Source of the DNA: an uncultured Verrucomicrobiae bacterium
GTDB taxonomy: Bacteria > Verrucomicrobiota > Verrucomicrobiia > Chthoniobacterales > UBA10450
Direction of reading: 5' to 3'
DNA length: 64,000 nucleotides
Assembly (NCBI GenBank): GCA_963726745.1
Contig: CAVSDR010000004.1
Location: 1-64,000 of the forward strand
Below the pieces are notes generated by a model. The model had not been told where the DNA came from and did not search any database. It worked only from the letters and a program-made list of their open reading frames with translations. The translations under genes and the position numbers were made by a program. Shown here in pieces: positions 42,964-56,044 of this stretch; the stretch's first letter is position 1, and each line of letters begins with the position of its first letter.

Positions 42964-45435
42964 TCACTCCTCGCGCAGCGCAACCATCGGATCCACCCGA
43001 GTCGCCCGCCGCGCTGGAAAAAAACAGGCGAGAAACGCGACTGCACTGAGCGCGACCATGGCCGTGGCGAGCGCGAGCAAATCGACGGCGCCCACGCCGT
43101 AGAGCACGCTCGCGAGCGCGCGACCGGTAGCCAAAGCGCCGGCTAAACCGAGCGCCAGGCCGATCGTGATGAGCACCGCGCCCTGGCCCAGGACCAGCCG
43201 GAAGACATCGCCGCGCGCGGCACCGAGCGCCAGGCGAATGCCGAGCTCGCGCGTCCGCTGGGTCACGCTCAAGGCCATCACGCCGTAGAGGCCTACGCTC
43301 GCGAGAAGCAGCGCCAGCCCGGCGAAGGATGCCAGCAGCGTCATCGTCAGGCGACGCGTCGCCAGGCTATTGGCGATGTTTTCCTCCATCGTGGCCACGT
43401 TCCCGATCGGCTGCTGCGGATCGAGCGCCTGCACTTCGCGCCGGATCGCCGGGAGCAGCGCGTGCGGATCGCCGCCCGCCACGCGCACCAGGAGGACGTT
43501 GCTCTCGTTAGGATTCTGCGAGGCCGGGAGATACAGGTGCACGAAATTCAACGCCTCCACGTTCTCTTCCCCGGGCGCTTCGTTCCGCGTTCGCGGGACC
43601 ACGCCCACGATGGTCAAGGGCGGCACGGTTTCCTCCGGATTCTGCGACGGTGGCCGCTGGTTGTCGTCCAGTTGCTGCCCGATCGGATCGCGCCCGGGGA
43701 AATAACGCTGCGCAAACGTCTCGTCGATGATCACCGTGCGCGGGCCGTCCGGCGTCTCTTCCGGGCCAAAGTTCCGGCCGCGCAGGATCGGCATCTTGAG
43801 CACGCGAAAATAATCCGGCGAGATGATGTTGATCTCGGCGGACGGTTCCTGGCCCGGCTCGGGCTTGGGCGTGCCGACGATGTGGAAATTGCTGTCCCAC
43901 TCGTTCTCGTCGAAGGGAATATTGACCCCAACCGCGGCCGCTTCCACGCCCGGCAAGGCGCGCACTCGCTCGAGCAACCGCTCGTAGAATTGCCGGATCT
44001 TGGCCTCGGAATCGAAGCGCGCCTGCGGGAGCGCGAGGGAAGTAGTCAGCACATTGTGCGGATCGAAATGGAGCGGCGCGCTTTGCGCACGCCAGAAGCT
44101 TTTCAAGGTGAGCCCAGCGCCGGCGAGGAGCACCACCGCGAGCGCCACCTGCGCGATCACGAGAAAAGAGCGCGCGCGTTGCCGGGCCGCGCCGCCACTG
44201 CCGCCGCGCGTCCCGGCTTCGTGGAGCACGATCGCGAGCGACGCCGTGCGCGAGATCCGCCACGCCGGCCAAATCCCCGCGAGCATGCCGGCCCCCAACG
44301 CCATCGCCGCAGTGAAAAGGAGCACGACGCCATCGATCTGCGTTTCCCGGAAACGAGGCACGCGTCCCGGGCTGAGCGCGATGATCCCGTCGAGCGACCA
44401 GATCGCAAGGAGCACGCCCGCGGCTCCGCCGAAGAGCGCCAGGAGCGTGCTCTCCGCGAGCAATTGCCGCGCGAGCCGCCAGCGACTCGCACCGAGGGCA
44501 GTGCGAATGGCGAGTTCCTTGGCCCGGGCGACCGCGCGGGCGAGCTGCAGATTGGCCACGTTTGCGCAAGCGATCAGAAGCACGCAGGCCACCGCGGCCT
44601 CGATCAAGCGCAGGCTTTTGCGGTATTCCCCCACCGAAGCCTGGAGCAAGGTCACCACGTCGATGCGCCGGCCGCTGTTGGTCTTTGGATATTGCCGTTC
44701 CAGCGCGACCGCGATCGTGTCCAAGTCCGCCCGGACCTGTGCCAGCGAGACTTCTGCGCGCACGCGCCCGAGGCCGCTGAAGCCCGGATGATTTCCCCGT
44801 TCGGCGACGGTCGGCTCCTTCCGGAGATCGCCCAAGGGCACGAAGACCTGCGCGAGACGCGGATATTTCACCGCCTGCGGAAGCACGCCCACGATCTCGC
44901 GCCCGACGCCGTCGACGATCACGACCTGGCCGAGCACTTTCGGTGAACCGCCGAAACGCGCGCGCCACAATTCTTCACCGAGCACGATCACCGGCGCTGC
45001 CCCGATGGTGTCGTCGGCCTCCGCGAGGTCGCGGCCGAGGACCGGCCGCACGCCGAGAATGCTGCCAAAATTTGCGGTCACGCGCGCGCCGTTGACGCGT
45101 TGCGGCCCGTTCGCGCCGCCGGGGAGCGAGAGATTAAACGGCTCGCGCCGGACGAGCGCGAGATCTGTCAGGGTGCGCTGGCCCGCGCGCCAGTCCATGT
45201 AATTCGGATAACTCACGGACCCGAACGGGAACGTCGCGGTCGTCTCGCGCAACACCACCAGACGATCCGCGTCGGGGTAAGGGAGCGGCCGCAGGAGAAC
45301 CGCGTGGATCACGCTGAAGATGGCGGTATTGGCGCCAATCCCGAGGGCCAGGGCAAAAATCGCGATCAAGGTAAAGGCCGGCGATTTAGCCAGCATTCTC
45401 AGGGCGTAACGGAAGTCAGTAAGGATGGAGTTCAT
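42964..45435 (-). CDS. ADOP-type duplicated MacB/FtsX ABC permease (6th in array)
   Basis: [24 protein letters not shown] and RATRVDPMVALR motifs. Confidence 0.93.
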   Translation of the reverse strand: MNSILTDFRYALRMLAKSPAFTLIAIFALALGIGANTAIFSVIHAVLLRPLPYPDADRLVVLRETTATFPFGSVSYPNYMDWRAGQRTLTDLALVRREPFNLSLPGGANGPQRVNGARVTANFGSILGVRPVLGRDLAEADDTIGAAPVIVLGEELWRARFGGSPKVLGQVVIVDGVGREIVGVLPQAVKYPRLAQVFVPLGDLRKEPTVAERGNHPGFSGLGRVRAEVSLAQVRADLDTIAVALERQYPKTNSGRRIDVVTLLQASVGEYRKSLRLIEAAVACVLLIACANVANLQLARAVARAKELAIRTALGASRWRLARQLLAESTLLALFGGAAGVLLAIWSLDGIIALSPGRVPRFRETQIDGVVLLFTAAMALGAGMLAGIWPAWRISRTASLAIVLHEAGTRGGSGGAARQRARSFLVIAQVALAVVLLAGAGLTLKSFWRAQSAPLHFDPHNVLTTSLALPQARFDSEAKIRQFYERLLERVRALPGVEAAAVGVNIPFDENEWDSNFHIVGTPKPEPGQEPSAEINIISPDYFRVLKMPILRGRNFGPEETPDGPRTVIIDETFAQRYFPGRDPIGQQLDDNQRPPSQNPEETVPPLTIVGVVPRTRNEAPGEENVEALNFVHLYLPASQNPNESNVLLVRVAGGDPHALLPAIRREVQALDPQQPIGNVATMEENIANSLATRRLTMTLLASFAGLALLLASVGLYGVMALSVTQRTRELGIRLALGAARGDVFRLVLGQGAVLITIGLALGLAGALATGRALASVLYGVGAVDLLALATAMVALSAVAFLACFFPARRATRVDPMVALREE

Positions 45436-47852
45436 TCAGTGCGGAGGGCTTCGCTGGGTTGGATTTGGGTCGCGCGGCGGGCCGCGCACCCGCTGGTCGC
45501 GAGTGCGGCCAGCAACAAAAGAAAACTGGCGGCGCCGTAACTCCAGGGATCGCCTAACGAGACGCCAAACAACGAGGCCCGCAGGACGCGAGCCACGCCG
45601 GCGGCCCCGGCCAGGCCGAGCACCAGGCCGACGAAGACCGCGCGCATCCCCTGCCCCATTAACATCCCCACGACCTGCGCGCGCGTGGCCCCGAGAGCCA
45701 TCCGGATCCCGATCTCGCGCGTTCGCTGAGAGATACCGTGCGCCATTGTTCCATAGAGGCCGGCCGCGGCCAGAGTGAGCGCGACGAGCGAGAAAAAGCC
45801 GAGCAACCAGGCGCGCAGCCGCGCCTGCCAGACCGAGTCGGCAACTTCTTTGCCTAACGAGACAAAATTAAAGACGCCGACATCGGGCGCGATCGCAGCC
45901 AGTTCGCGCTGCACCGCGGGCGCGAGGCTCAGCGGGTCGACACCCGTTCGCGCGCGCACCAGGAAATGCGTCTGCTTCCAGGCGAGTTGCAGGCTCGGCT
46001 TGTAAAGATCGGGACCGGCGGCGCGTTCCAGCGCCTGGTGCCGCACGTCACCGACCACGCCCACGACCGTCATCCAATCAGGGCTCGGTCCGCCGGGCCG
46101 TCCGAGCTGCAAGCGTTTGCCAACGGCGTCGGCGTCCGGCCAAAGCGATTGCGCGAGGCGTTCGCTGATCACGCAGACGTGCGGTGCATCGAGCTTGTCG
46201 CGTTCATCGAAGACGCGGCCGCGCCGCACCGGGATGCGCAGCGCGCGGAAGTAATCCGGGCTGACCGTTTGAAAATTCGCCAGCGGATTGCGCGCTTGTT
46301 CGTCAGGTGATTGGCCATCAGCGGTGAAGTCGACGCGGTTCCAAGGACGCTGCGCGACAAAGGGTGGGCTGTTATTCGCCGCGGCCGCTTCCACGCCCGG
46401 CAACTGCGCGAGGTGCGCCAGAAGCTTCGCGAAACGATCAATTCGCGTCTGCGCGTTCTCCGTTTCGCGATAGGTCGGGTTGACCTCCATCAGCAAAACC
46501 TGGCGCGCGTCGAAGCCGGGATTGACCTCGTCGAGCTTCATCACGCTGCGCAGGACCAGACTTGCGCCGACCAGGAGAATCATCGAGACCGCGATCTGCG
46601 CGGCCATGAGCAGCTCGCGTGTCCGGCCGCCGGCGCCGGCGTGACCGCCGCCAGTCGCCTTTAAAGTTTCGGCAATGTCGACCTGCGTCGCGCGCCACGC
46701 GGGCAGCGAGCCGGCGGCGAGCGCCGCGAGGCAGGAAATCGCAACCGTGAAGGCGAGCACGGCCGGGTTCACGTCGATCGTGACCCAGAACGGCAGCTCG
46801 ACCGGAATGGCGCGCGCGAGGAATTCCACCAGCCAAAACGCGAGCACGATGCCGAGCGCACTGCCCGCAAGCGCCAGGACCGCGCTCTCGGTCAGAAGTT
46901 GCCTAACGAGTCGCAGGCGGCTCGCGCCCAGGGCCGCGCGCACGGAAAACTCCCGCTGCCGCGCAACAGCGCGCGCCAGCAGAAGCTGGCTGACATTGGC
47001 GCAGGCAATCAGCAGGACCCCGCCGCAAGCCGCGAGCAGGAAGACGAGCGACGAGCGCACATTGCCGACCGTCTGCTCGCGCAGACTAACGACTGCCGCG
47101 CCGACGTCCTTGTTCGTGTCCGCATGCTCGCCTCGCAAGCGTTCGGCGATCAGATTCATCTCCGCCTGTGCTTCCGGAATGCTCACGCCGGGCCGAAGGC
47201 GCGCGATCGCCTGGTCGATCCGCCAGGAACGGTCCGTGCCCTGATTGAAAAACGCGGCCATCGGCACCCAGAGGTCGCTTTGCAGCGGGAAACGAAAGCC
47301 CGCCGGCATCACGCCGACGATCGTGCGCGGGGTCCCGTCTAACGAGACTTCGCGCCCGACGATCGCGCGGTCGCCGCCGAAAGAGCGTTGCCAAAGGCGA
47401 TGGCTGATGAGGAGGACGCGCGGCGCATTCGGCGCGTCATCCGCCGCGGTCAGGTTGCGCCCGAGCAGCGGCTCGACGCCGAGGAGGCTGAAGAGGTTCG
47501 CGGTCGTGAAGGTCGTCTTGAGGGTCTCGGTGCTGCCGCCGGCGGATTGCAGGTTGCCGTTCCAGCGCAGATTGAAAAAGGCCGCGTCGCTGAAACTGCG
47601 CGCCTGCTCCTTCCAGTCCTTGAAGTCGAGATAACCGACCCCGAGATCGCTTCCGGAACGCAGATTGCGCGATTGCAGACTAACGAGTGCTTCTGGTTGC
47701 GCGTAGGGCAGTGGCCGGAGGAGAAATCCGTAGACCACGCCGAAGATCGCGGTCGTGGCGCCGATGCCGAGCGCGAGCGCGAGGATCGCCACCAAGGTCA
47801 CCCCGGGTTTCTTGAAGAGCTGGCGAAAGGCGAAGCGGAGGTCGTGCATCAT
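45432..47852 (-). CDS. ADOP-type duplicated ABC permease (5th)
   Basis: Same motifs; start and stop overlap with the neighbours. Confidence 0.93.
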   Translation of the reverse strand: MMHDLRFAFRQLFKKPGVTLVAILALALGIGATTAIFGVVYGFLLRPLPYAQPEALVSLQSRNLRSGSDLGVGYLDFKDWKEQARSFSDAAFFNLRWNGNLQSAGGSTETLKTTFTTANLFSLLGVEPLLGRNLTAADDAPNAPRVLLISHRLWQRSFGGDRAIVGREVSLDGTPRTIVGVMPAGFRFPLQSDLWVPMAAFFNQGTDRSWRIDQAIARLRPGVSIPEAQAEMNLIAERLRGEHADTNKDVGAAVVSLREQTVGNVRSSLVFLLAACGGVLLIACANVSQLLLARAVARQREFSVRAALGASRLRLVRQLLTESAVLALAGSALGIVLAFWLVEFLARAIPVELPFWVTIDVNPAVLAFTVAISCLAALAAGSLPAWRATQVDIAETLKATGGGHAGAGGRTRELLMAAQIAVSMILLVGASLVLRSVMKLDEVNPGFDARQVLLMEVNPTYRETENAQTRIDRFAKLLAHLAQLPGVEAAAANNSPPFVAQRPWNRVDFTADGQSPDEQARNPLANFQTVSPDYFRALRIPVRRGRVFDERDKLDAPHVCVISERLAQSLWPDADAVGKRLQLGRPGGPSPDWMTVVGVVGDVRHQALERAAGPDLYKPSLQLAWKQTHFLVRARTGVDPLSLAPAVQRELAAIAPDVGVFNFVSLGKEVADSVWQARLRAWLLGFFSLVALTLAAAGLYGTMAHGISQRTREIGIRMALGATRAQVVGMLMGQGMRAVFVGLVLGLAGAAGVARVLRASLFGVSLGDPWSYGAASFLLLLAALATSGCAARRATQIQPSEALRTE

Positions 47853-50266
47853 TCAGCGCGCAAAGTTTCCATCGGGTTGACCCGCGCCGCGCGGCGCGCC
47901 GGAATCCAGCAGGCCGCGGCCGCGGCGCAGACCAGAACCAGAGTGACCGCGCCATAAATCAGCGGATCGTTCGCGCTCACGCCGAAGAGCACGCTGCGAA
48001 TCGCGCGGGACAAGGCGATCGCTCCGGCGAAACCGAGGAGCAGACCGAAGCCGAGCAAGCGCATGCCCTGCCGCAGCATCATCATGCGAATCTGCGCCGG
48101 TTGCGCGCCGAGGGCGAGGCGCACGCCGATTTCGCGCAAGCGCCGCAGGCCATTGAAGGCCATGACTCCATAGAGGCCCACGACCGCGAGCGTGAGCGCG
48201 AGCGCGGCGAAACAGACGAGCAGAAAACTGAGCAGCCGCGGCGTGGCCCACGTTTCCTCCACCCGCTCCTGCATCGTGCGGAACTCGAAGGCAGGTTGCG
48301 CGGGATCGAGCGAGGCCACGATTTCGCGCACCGGTTTCTCGAACGATTTCGGAGCCAGCGCAGTGCGGAGCAAAACGACGAGGCCGGTATTCGGTTGCTG
48401 CGCCATCGGGAGATAGGCCTGCGGCAAGACGGTCACTTCCTCGAAGCCGTAGACTTTCAGGTGCGGGACGATGCCGACGATGGTCCAAAATTCACGAGTG
48501 CCGTCTTTGCCGGTCAACATGCGGATGCGTTTCCCGAGCGCGTCCTGTCCGGGGAAATAGCGCTCCGCCATCAGTTGATCCACGATCATGACCAGCGGCG
48601 CATCCTTCGTGTCCGTTGCGGCAAACGGCCGGCCGCGGAGCAGCGGCGTCTTGAGCGCCTGGAAATATCCGGGCGTGACCACGTTCATTTCCGCCGAGGG
48701 CATCTGCCCGGGCGCTGGCTCCGGCGCGCCTTCGGGGACGAAGGAAGTTTGCCAGCCCGTCATCAACGGCGGCGTCGAGGCGAGCGCGACCTGTTCCACT
48801 CCGGGCAGCGCAGCGATCTTGTCGACTAAAGTCGTGGCAAAATTCAGCACCTTCCTGTCGTCCTCATACGCCGGCTGCGGCAGATCGACGCGCGCCGAAA
48901 GCAGGAGCTGCGGATCAAACCCGAGTCCGAGCGACTTGGCATTGGCGAAACTCTTCAAGACCAAACCCGCAGTGCTCAAAAGCACGAGCGTCAGCGCCAC
49001 CTCTGCGATCACGAGGAGATCACGCGAGCGCCGCGCGCCCGGCGCATCCGAGCTGCCGCGGCCGCCGGCTTTGAGCGCGAGTTGAATATCCGCGCGCGAA
49101 GTGTGCCAGGCCGGCCAGAGACCAAAGAGGACGCTGGTCAAAAGCGTGAGCGCCAGGCTGAAGAAAAGGACCCAGCCGCCTAACGGAATGTCTTGAAAGC
49201 GCGGCACGCCCGGCGGCGCCAGCGCGACCAGCAGATCGCGGCCCCACGCGGCCAGGCAAAGTCCGAGCGCGCCGCCGACGAGCGCGAGGACAAAGCTCTC
49301 GATGAGCAACTGACGAATGATTTGCCAGCGCGACGCGCCAACCGCCGCGCGCACGGCAAACTCACGCGCGCGGGCCGCGCCGCGGGCCGCGAGCAGATTG
49401 GCCAGGTTGGCGCAGGCGATGAGCAAAACGAGCGCAACCGCGCCTAACAAGAGCTGAAGACTGGCGCGATAATCGCCCACCTGGTTCTCCAGCAGCGGCG
49501 TCACGGTCACGCTCACGCCGGCATTGGAATCAGGATATTGTTTGGAGAGCCGCGCGGCGATTTGCTTGAGGTCGTTCAGCGCGCGCTCCTGCGTGACCCC
49601 CTCCTTCAACCGTCCCCAGGCGAAGAGGCCCGGATGATTGTCGCGCGTCTGCCAATTCGGACTCGCCGTCCGTCGCATGATGGGGAACCACACCTCCACC
49701 GTGCGCGGCGAAAACATCTGCGGCGGCATCACGCCGATGATGGTGTACGGCTGATTGCCGAAATTGACCACGCGCCCGAGCACGTTCGGATCGCGCGCAA
49801 AAACGCGCTGCCAAAGTCGATCGCTGATCACCGCGAGAAATCCGCCGCCGACCGTGTCTTCTTCCTCGGTGAAGACGCGGCCGAGTTGCGGCTCGAGCCC
49901 GATGACCTTGAAGAAATTAGCCGTCACGATGGCGCCGCTGACCTGCTCCGGTGCGCGCCCTTGCAATCCGCTCAGTCCGAACGATTCGCGCCGCGAGATC
50001 GCGAGTTCAGAGAAGCTGGTGTTGTCGCGTTTCCAATCGACGTAGTCCGGATACGAAACGGAGATCTGCGGCTGGTTCGAATCGCTTTCGGTCACGATCA
50101 TGAGCCGGTCCGCTTCCGGATAAGGCAACGGCCGGAGCAACACCGCGTAGATCACGCTGAAGATGGCGGTGTTCGCGCCGATGCCGAGGGCGAGCGTGAG
50201 CACGGCCACGATGGTGAAGCCGGGTGATTTCCGGAGTTGGCGAAAAGCGTAGCGGAGGTCGTTCAT
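47849..50266 (-). CDS. ADOP-type duplicated ABC permease (4th)
   Basis: Starts [11 protein letters not shown]; same motifs. Confidence 0.93.
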   Translation of the reverse strand: MNDLRYAFRQLRKSPGFTIVAVLTLALGIGANTAIFSVIYAVLLRPLPYPEADRLMIVTESDSNQPQISVSYPDYVDWKRDNTSFSELAISRRESFGLSGLQGRAPEQVSGAIVTANFFKVIGLEPQLGRVFTEEEDTVGGGFLAVISDRLWQRVFARDPNVLGRVVNFGNQPYTIIGVMPPQMFSPRTVEVWFPIMRRTASPNWQTRDNHPGLFAWGRLKEGVTQERALNDLKQIAARLSKQYPDSNAGVSVTVTPLLENQVGDYRASLQLLLGAVALVLLIACANLANLLAARGAARAREFAVRAAVGASRWQIIRQLLIESFVLALVGGALGLCLAAWGRDLLVALAPPGVPRFQDIPLGGWVLFFSLALTLLTSVLFGLWPAWHTSRADIQLALKAGGRGSSDAPGARRSRDLLVIAEVALTLVLLSTAGLVLKSFANAKSLGLGFDPQLLLSARVDLPQPAYEDDRKVLNFATTLVDKIAALPGVEQVALASTPPLMTGWQTSFVPEGAPEPAPGQMPSAEMNVVTPGYFQALKTPLLRGRPFAATDTKDAPLVMIVDQLMAERYFPGQDALGKRIRMLTGKDGTREFWTIVGIVPHLKVYGFEEVTVLPQAYLPMAQQPNTGLVVLLRTALAPKSFEKPVREIVASLDPAQPAFEFRTMQERVEETWATPRLLSFLLVCFAALALTLAVVGLYGVMAFNGLRRLREIGVRLALGAQPAQIRMMMLRQGMRLLGFGLLLGFAGAIALSRAIRSVLFGVSANDPLIYGAVTLVLVCAAAAACWIPARRAARVNPMETLRAE

Positions 50267-50291
50267 AGGAGTATTAATCTCTGATTGAAAT

Positions 50292-52704
50292 TCATTCTGC
50301 GCGCAGCGCGACGATCGGGTCGACTCGGGCAGCACGGCGCGCGGGCAACCAACTGGCGACGAGCGCAGCGAATGCGAGCAGCGCACTCACGCCCGCATAC
50401 ATTGCGGGATCGGTCGCCTGCACCTGGAAGAGAAGTCCGGTGAGCAGGCGGGAAGTCGCAAGCGCCCCGGCTATCCCGAGCGCCAGGCCGATGAGGAGAA
50501 GCTTCATCCCCTGCCCCACGACGAGCGCGCGGATATCACTGCGCTGCGCGCCGACTGCGAGGCGAATCCCGATTTCGCGCGAGCGACGGACAACGCTGTA
50601 AGCCAGCACGCCGGCGAGGCCGATCGTCGAAAGCAAAAGCGCGAGCCCCGCGAAGATAACCAGGAGCAGACTGAGGAAGCGCGAGCCGGCCAGCGTCTCC
50701 TGCACGCGCGCCGTCATCGGACGCACGTCATAGACCGGCTGCGCGGGATCGATCGCGGCGACGGCGGCGCAGACCGATCGCTCGAGCGCGGCCGGGTTGC
50801 CGGGCGTGCGGAGGAGCAGGACGAAATTCGTCCGCTCCACCTGCGCCTGCGAAAAATAAACGATCGGGAGCGAGCTGATCTGATCAAACCCGCGCAGCTT
50901 CATCCGCGCGACCACACCGATGATTTCAAACATGCGCCCGCTGCCGCTGTCATCCGGATCGATCCGCAAGCGGCGACCGATCGGATTCTCTCCGGGAAAG
51001 AACTTATCGGCGACGGATTGATCGACGATGACGACAGGTGGCGACGTGCCGGAATCGCGTCCATCAAAGACGCGCCCGCGCTGAAGCGTGCCTTGGAGCG
51101 TGACGAAGTAATCGCCGCGCACGATCTCGGTGTCGGCGGAGATTTCCTGGCCGGGCGGCGGCTCCGGCGCGCCTTCCGGCAGAATATTCGTCTGCCAACC
51201 GGCGAGCATCGGCGGGTTCGAGCTGAGCGCGGCATTCTCAACTCCGGGAAGTGCGCGCACGCGCTCGAGCAGCCGATCGGAAAATTGCACGACCTTTTCC
51301 TTGGTCGAGTAGACGCGAAACGGCAGGTCGAGCCGGGCGGTGAGCAATCCTTCCGGTTGGAAGCCTAACGAGAGCGCCTGGGCGCGCGCAAAACTCTTCA
51401 GCACTAAACCGGCAGCGCAAAGAAGCACGAGCGTGAGGGCGATTTCACCGATCACGAGCCAGTCGCGTGCGCGCCGCGAGGCAGGCGAGTCGGCGCTGCC
51501 GCGCGCGCCGGCATTCAAAGCCAACTGCGCATCAGTGCGCGCCGCGACACGGGCCGGCCAGAGGCCGAAGAGGAAGTTGGTGCAGAGCGCCAGGCCGAGC
51601 GTGAAAAGCAGCACCGGCGCGTCGAGACTGACGGAATCCAGCCGCGGAATACCCGCAGGACTGAGGGCGATGATCGCGTCGCGTCATCCAGAAGGCGATC
51701 AACAACCCGCCGGCGCTTCCGAGAAGGGCGAGGAGCAAACTTTCGCAAAGCAATTGCCTAACGAGCTGTCCGCGGCTCGCACCGAGCGCGGTGCGCACGG
51801 CAAATTCCCGGGCGCGCGCGGCGCCGCGCACCGCGAGCAGGTTGGCCAGATTGGCGCAGGCGATGAGCAGGACCAATCCGACCGCGGCCAGGAGCAGGAA
51901 AAGATTTTCGCGATAAGGCCCGACCTGATTTTCCAGGAGCGAGGTCACCGCGACGCCGACGTTCGTGTTCGTCTCGGGATATTTTTTCTCGAGCACCGTC
52001 GCGAGCGTGCGCATCTGCGCGCGGGCCTGCTCGAGCGTGACGCCGTTTTTCAAGCGACCAAAGGCGTAGAGGCCGGGATGATTTTCACGATTCCAACCCT
52101 CCGGCACGCGACGCATGAGCGGCACCCACACATCCGCTCCGCTTGGAAGCGACATCTGCGGCGGCATCACGCCGACCACTTCGAAGAGCTGGTTGTGCAG
52201 ATTGATCGAACGGCCGACGACATCGGGCGCGCGCTGAAAGGCGCGTTCCCACAGCGCGTCACTGAGCACGACCAGCGCCGGTCCGCCGCGCCGATCTTCC
52301 GCTTCGGTGAAGACGCGGCCGAGGCGCGGCGACGATCCGATGACGGAGAAAAAATTAGCCGACACGAACGCGCCCGAGACGCGCTCGGCCTCGCGACCCG
52401 CGATGCCGCTCAAGTTAAAAGACTCGCGCCGGCTAACGGCGAGATTTTCGAAGACCTTGTTGTCGCGCTGCCAATCGAGAAAATCGAACCACGAAATCGA
52501 GATCACCGGTTGCGCGGCATCCGACTCGGTCAGGTAAACGATGCGCTCCGCATGCGGAAACGGCAGCGGCCGCAGGAGGACCGCGTTGATCACGCTGAAG
52601 ATGGCGGTGTTCGCGCCAATCCCGAGCGCGAGCGTGAGAACCGCAACCAACGTAAAGCCGGGCGATTTGCGCAGTTGCCGAAAAGCGAAGCGGAGGTCGT
52701 TCAC
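50292..52704 (-). CDS. ADOP-type duplicated ABC permease (3rd; frameshift near 51688)
   Basis: ORFs 51532-52704 and 50292-51614 join through [15 protein letters not shown]. Confidence 0.88.
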
Positions 52705-53600
52705 GGCTGCTCGGCGGGTGGAGTTGGGACCGGTTCCGCCAGGGCGGCGGTCGGCTCGAGATAAATTTGGCCATGCGGCGCGTCGAAGGTGACGATGAAA
52801 CGGCGCAAAATTTCCATCCCGACAGATGGCGGCGCGCCGCCCGGACCCCAGACACGTTTGATCACGAAAGGTCCAATTTTCACCGAGGTGAAGACGCCGG
52901 AGTAGGCTTTGAAGTTCTCTCCCAGTCCGCCGCCGAGCGTGCTCGTGCGCACTTCTTCCGATTGCCTAACGACTTCATCGTTCACAGAGGATTCCGAGCC
53001 GGTGTCGATCCGCAGCTTGTGCGTCACCTTTTTTCCGGCGGGCACTTCGAGTTCCGCCTCGAGGAAAAGCCGACCGTTCTCCACGGAGAGAGGAATCGCG
53101 GCGCCGGAGCCGGTGTATTGGAAAGTGGCGGGATCGAAGACGCTGAAGCGCGCTGCCACCGGATCCATGCGGACGACGAACTTCTCGAACAGCTCCGCGC
53201 CGACCAATCCGCGGACGTTTTTCGGAATGGGAACGTTGCTCAGGTCGATGACCCAAGGCTCCGGCAGCTCGACCTTGAAGCCGTGCAAGCTCATCGTCTG
53301 CGGCGCGGTGATGGACTTGGCCACGGAACCTTTGCCCGTCCCGGTGACGGCGGTGGAGCTTTCCACTTTGAGTCCGAGCTCGTGCGCAAATTTGGGATCC
53401 AAGATGCTGTGCGGAGCACCGGTATCGACGAGAAAGAGCGCGGGCTCGGCGTCGTTGATGCGCGCTTCGACGAGCAGGAGCTGGCCATCGCGGCGGAAGG
53501 GAAATTCCGCCAACGGCTTCGACGGTTCCGCCCGGGTGAACGACGCGCCCGCAAGCGCCGTTATCACCAGCACAAAAGCAAAGCGGAGAGCGTTCATCAA
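52701..53600 (-). CDS. Secreted retropepsin-like aspartyl protease
   Basis: Signal peptide and two catalytic lobes (FLVDTGA...GLVG; IDTGS...SVG). Confidence 0.85.
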   Translation of the reverse strand: MMNALRFAFVLVITALAGASFTRAEPSKPLAEFPFRRDGQLLLVEARINDAEPALFLVDTGAPHSILDPKFAHELGLKVESSTAVTGTGKGSVAKSITAPQTMSLHGFKVELPEPWVIDLSNVPIPKNVRGLVGAELFEKFVVRMDPVAARFSVFDPATFQYTGSGAAIPLSVENGRLFLEAELEVPAGKKVTHKLRIDTGSESSVNDEVVRQSEEVRTSTLGGGLGENFKAYSGVFTSVKIGPFVIKRVWGPGGAPPSVGMEILRRFIVTFDAPHGQIYLEPTAALAEPVPTPPAEQP

Positions 53601-56042
53601 TTAATCCGCGCGGAGCGCCAGCATGGGATCGACTTGCGCGGCGCGGCGCGCGGGGATGAGGCAGGCCACGAGCGAGACGAAGCTCATAACCAGTGCGGTT
53701 CCGAGGAGCGTAGCGACGGGCAACGCTGGCACATCGAAGAGAACACTCTGCATCGCCCTTCCCGCCATCCACGCGCCGATCAATCCGAGGATGGTTCCGG
53801 CCGCGAGCAGGCGTAGACCTAACGAGAGGAATTGCGTGCCGACCTGTTTCCTTTGCGCACCCAGGGCCATGCGAATGCCGATTTCGCGTCGGCGTTGGGC
53901 GACGGCGTAACTGAGCACGCCGTAGGTTCCAATCGCCGCGAGCAGGAGCGCGACGCCGGCGAAGATTCCCGCAAGCAGTGCGGGCGAGCGCCGCGCGATC
54001 AGGCTGTCGGCCACGCGGGTTTCCATCGACTGGATATCGTCGATCGCCAGACGCGGATCAGTCGCGCGCACCAGACGACGCAGCGTCGCGGCAAACGCTT
54101 CCGGACGCTGGCTGGTGCGCACGACGACAAAGACGTTGGCGGCGTCGCGATCGATGAAAGGGAAATACACTGCACCCTGCCCCTGCGGTTCTGTGAGCTC
54201 CGCTTGTTTTACCGTGCCGACGACGCCGACAATGGTGGATAGTTTTGCCTTGTCGGAATCGCTGCCTTGGAACACGCGTTGACCGAGCGCGTCGCCGTGG
54301 GGCCAGTAACGCCGGGCGAAGTCTTCGTCCACCACACAGACCCGCTCCCCGCGGCGCGAATCCTCTGAGTTGAGGAACCGTCCTTCGCGCAACGGAATGC
54401 CGAGGGCACTGAAGTAATCGCCGGCGACGCCGTAGGAATAATGGCCGTGCAAGGATTCACCCGGCTGCGGCACATATCCTTTTGGTGTGACGGCGGCTTT
54501 TCCATTATCTCCGCTCAGCGGCACGTTCGTAATCGTCCCGGCCGCGGTGACTCCCGGTTGCTGGCCGATGGCGTCCAGCAAGCTATCGAGCACGGCCACG
54601 CGTTGGGGTGATTCAGCCGGATAGGCTCCCCACGGGAGGGTGAACTGGCCGGTGAGCACGTGATCGGCGCGAAAGCCGGGCGACACGGCCATCGCCTTTT
54701 TCAGGCTCAACCCGAGCAACGCCGCGCCGGCGAGCAAAACAAAAGCGAGCGCGATCTGTGCGATGATGAAGCCGTGGCGAAGACGCTGCGCGGCGCGGCT
54801 AACCGTGCCCGTGCGCGATTCCGATTGGAGTGCATTCGCCAGATGACTGTGCAGGTTGAACCAGGCGATCGGCAGCGCGATTACGACTCCGAGAAGAATG
54901 GCGCCGGCCAAGCCGATCACCGCGAGCCAGCCATCGAACACAATGTGTGCCCCTAACGGCAACCGATCCGCGCCGAGAACTTCGAGCAGGCCCATTCCCC
55001 ACGCCCCCACCGCCAGACCGAGGACTCCGCCGATCACGGTGAGGAGAACGGTCTCCACCATCACTTGCTGCACGACCTGCCTCCGGCTCGCGCCCAGCGA
55101 TTGGCGGATAGTCATTTCTTTCGCGCGCCCGCTCGCGCGGATGAGCAACAGGTTCACGAGGTTGACCGCGCCGATGAGCAGGAGGAACAACACGCCAGCC
55201 TGCATCAACCAGAGGGTCGGACGAATCGAGCGCACGTGATCCGCATGAAGTGAAACCACCGGCGAACGGAAGCCGGCCTCAGCCATTGCTTTCGCGTCAG
55301 GATTATCTTTCTCGACCGCGGCATTGTGCGCATCGATTTGGGATTGCGCCTGATCGATCGTCGCACCCGGTTTCAAGCGCGCGATCATGTGCGTCCCGCC
55401 GCCGCCGGAATGGCGCTGCTTCGGACCGCGTTGAGACAACTCGGAGGTGAGCGGTAGGAAAAGTCTCACTTCCGAGGAGAGGAAGCGAAAATCAGGAGGC
55501 AAGACGCCCACAATCTTTCTGGGCACTCCGTTCACCTGGATTTCCCGACCGAGAATTTTAGGGTCGGAATCGAGACGCTGGCGCCAATAGGCGTCAGTCA
55601 AAATGGCCTGGCGCATGTCCACCATCGCCGTCACGTCTGTGTCGTTGAAGCCCCGGCCCATCACCGGGCTGACGCCGAGCGTCGCGAAAAACTCCGGCGT
55701 GATCCGCATGACCTGCACCTGCTCGGTCGAACCTGCTTCGCCGACGAGTTCACTGTTGTCACGATAGATGGACAGGCTGGAGAAGGCCGGGATGTGGCCG
55801 CGCCGCTCGTAATAATTAGTGATCGACGAGCCATCGTTCTCGACGCCGGCTTTCGGGTAGGTGTTGTAGATCGTGACCAGGCGATCGGATTGCGGGAACG
55901 GAAGCGGCCGGAGCAGGATGGAATTGATGACCGCGAAGATGGCCAGGTTCGCGCCGAGGCAGAGCGCAATCGTGGCCAACGCGGTGAGGGTAAAAATGGG
56001 CGACTTGCGCAATTGGCGGAGGGCGAAGCGCAGGTCGTTCAT
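53601..56042 (-). CDS. ADOP-type duplicated ABC permease (2nd)
   Basis: Same architecture with more divergent motifs (LCLGANLAIF). Confidence 0.92.
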   Translation of the reverse strand: MNDLRFALRQLRKSPIFTLTALATIALCLGANLAIFAVINSILLRPLPFPQSDRLVTIYNTYPKAGVENDGSSITNYYERRGHIPAFSSLSIYRDNSELVGEAGSTEQVQVMRITPEFFATLGVSPVMGRGFNDTDVTAMVDMRQAILTDAYWRQRLDSDPKILGREIQVNGVPRKIVGVLPPDFRFLSSEVRLFLPLTSELSQRGPKQRHSGGGGTHMIARLKPGATIDQAQSQIDAHNAAVEKDNPDAKAMAEAGFRSPVVSLHADHVRSIRPTLWLMQAGVLFLLLIGAVNLVNLLLIRASGRAKEMTIRQSLGASRRQVVQQVMVETVLLTVIGGVLGLAVGAWGMGLLEVLGADRLPLGAHIVFDGWLAVIGLAGAILLGVVIALPIAWFNLHSHLANALQSESRTGTVSRAAQRLRHGFIIAQIALAFVLLAGAALLGLSLKKAMAVSPGFRADHVLTGQFTLPWGAYPAESPQRVAVLDSLLDAIGQQPGVTAAGTITNVPLSGDNGKAAVTPKGYVPQPGESLHGHYSYGVAGDYFSALGIPLREGRFLNSEDSRRGERVCVVDEDFARRYWPHGDALGQRVFQGSDSDKAKLSTIVGVVGTVKQAELTEPQGQGAVYFPFIDRDAANVFVVVRTSQRPEAFAATLRRLVRATDPRLAIDDIQSMETRVADSLIARRSPALLAGIFAGVALLLAAIGTYGVLSYAVAQRRREIGIRMALGAQRKQVGTQFLSLGLRLLAAGTILGLIGAWMAGRAMQSVLFDVPALPVATLLGTALVMSFVSLVACLIPARRAAQVDPMLALRAD

Positions 56043-56044
56043 GA

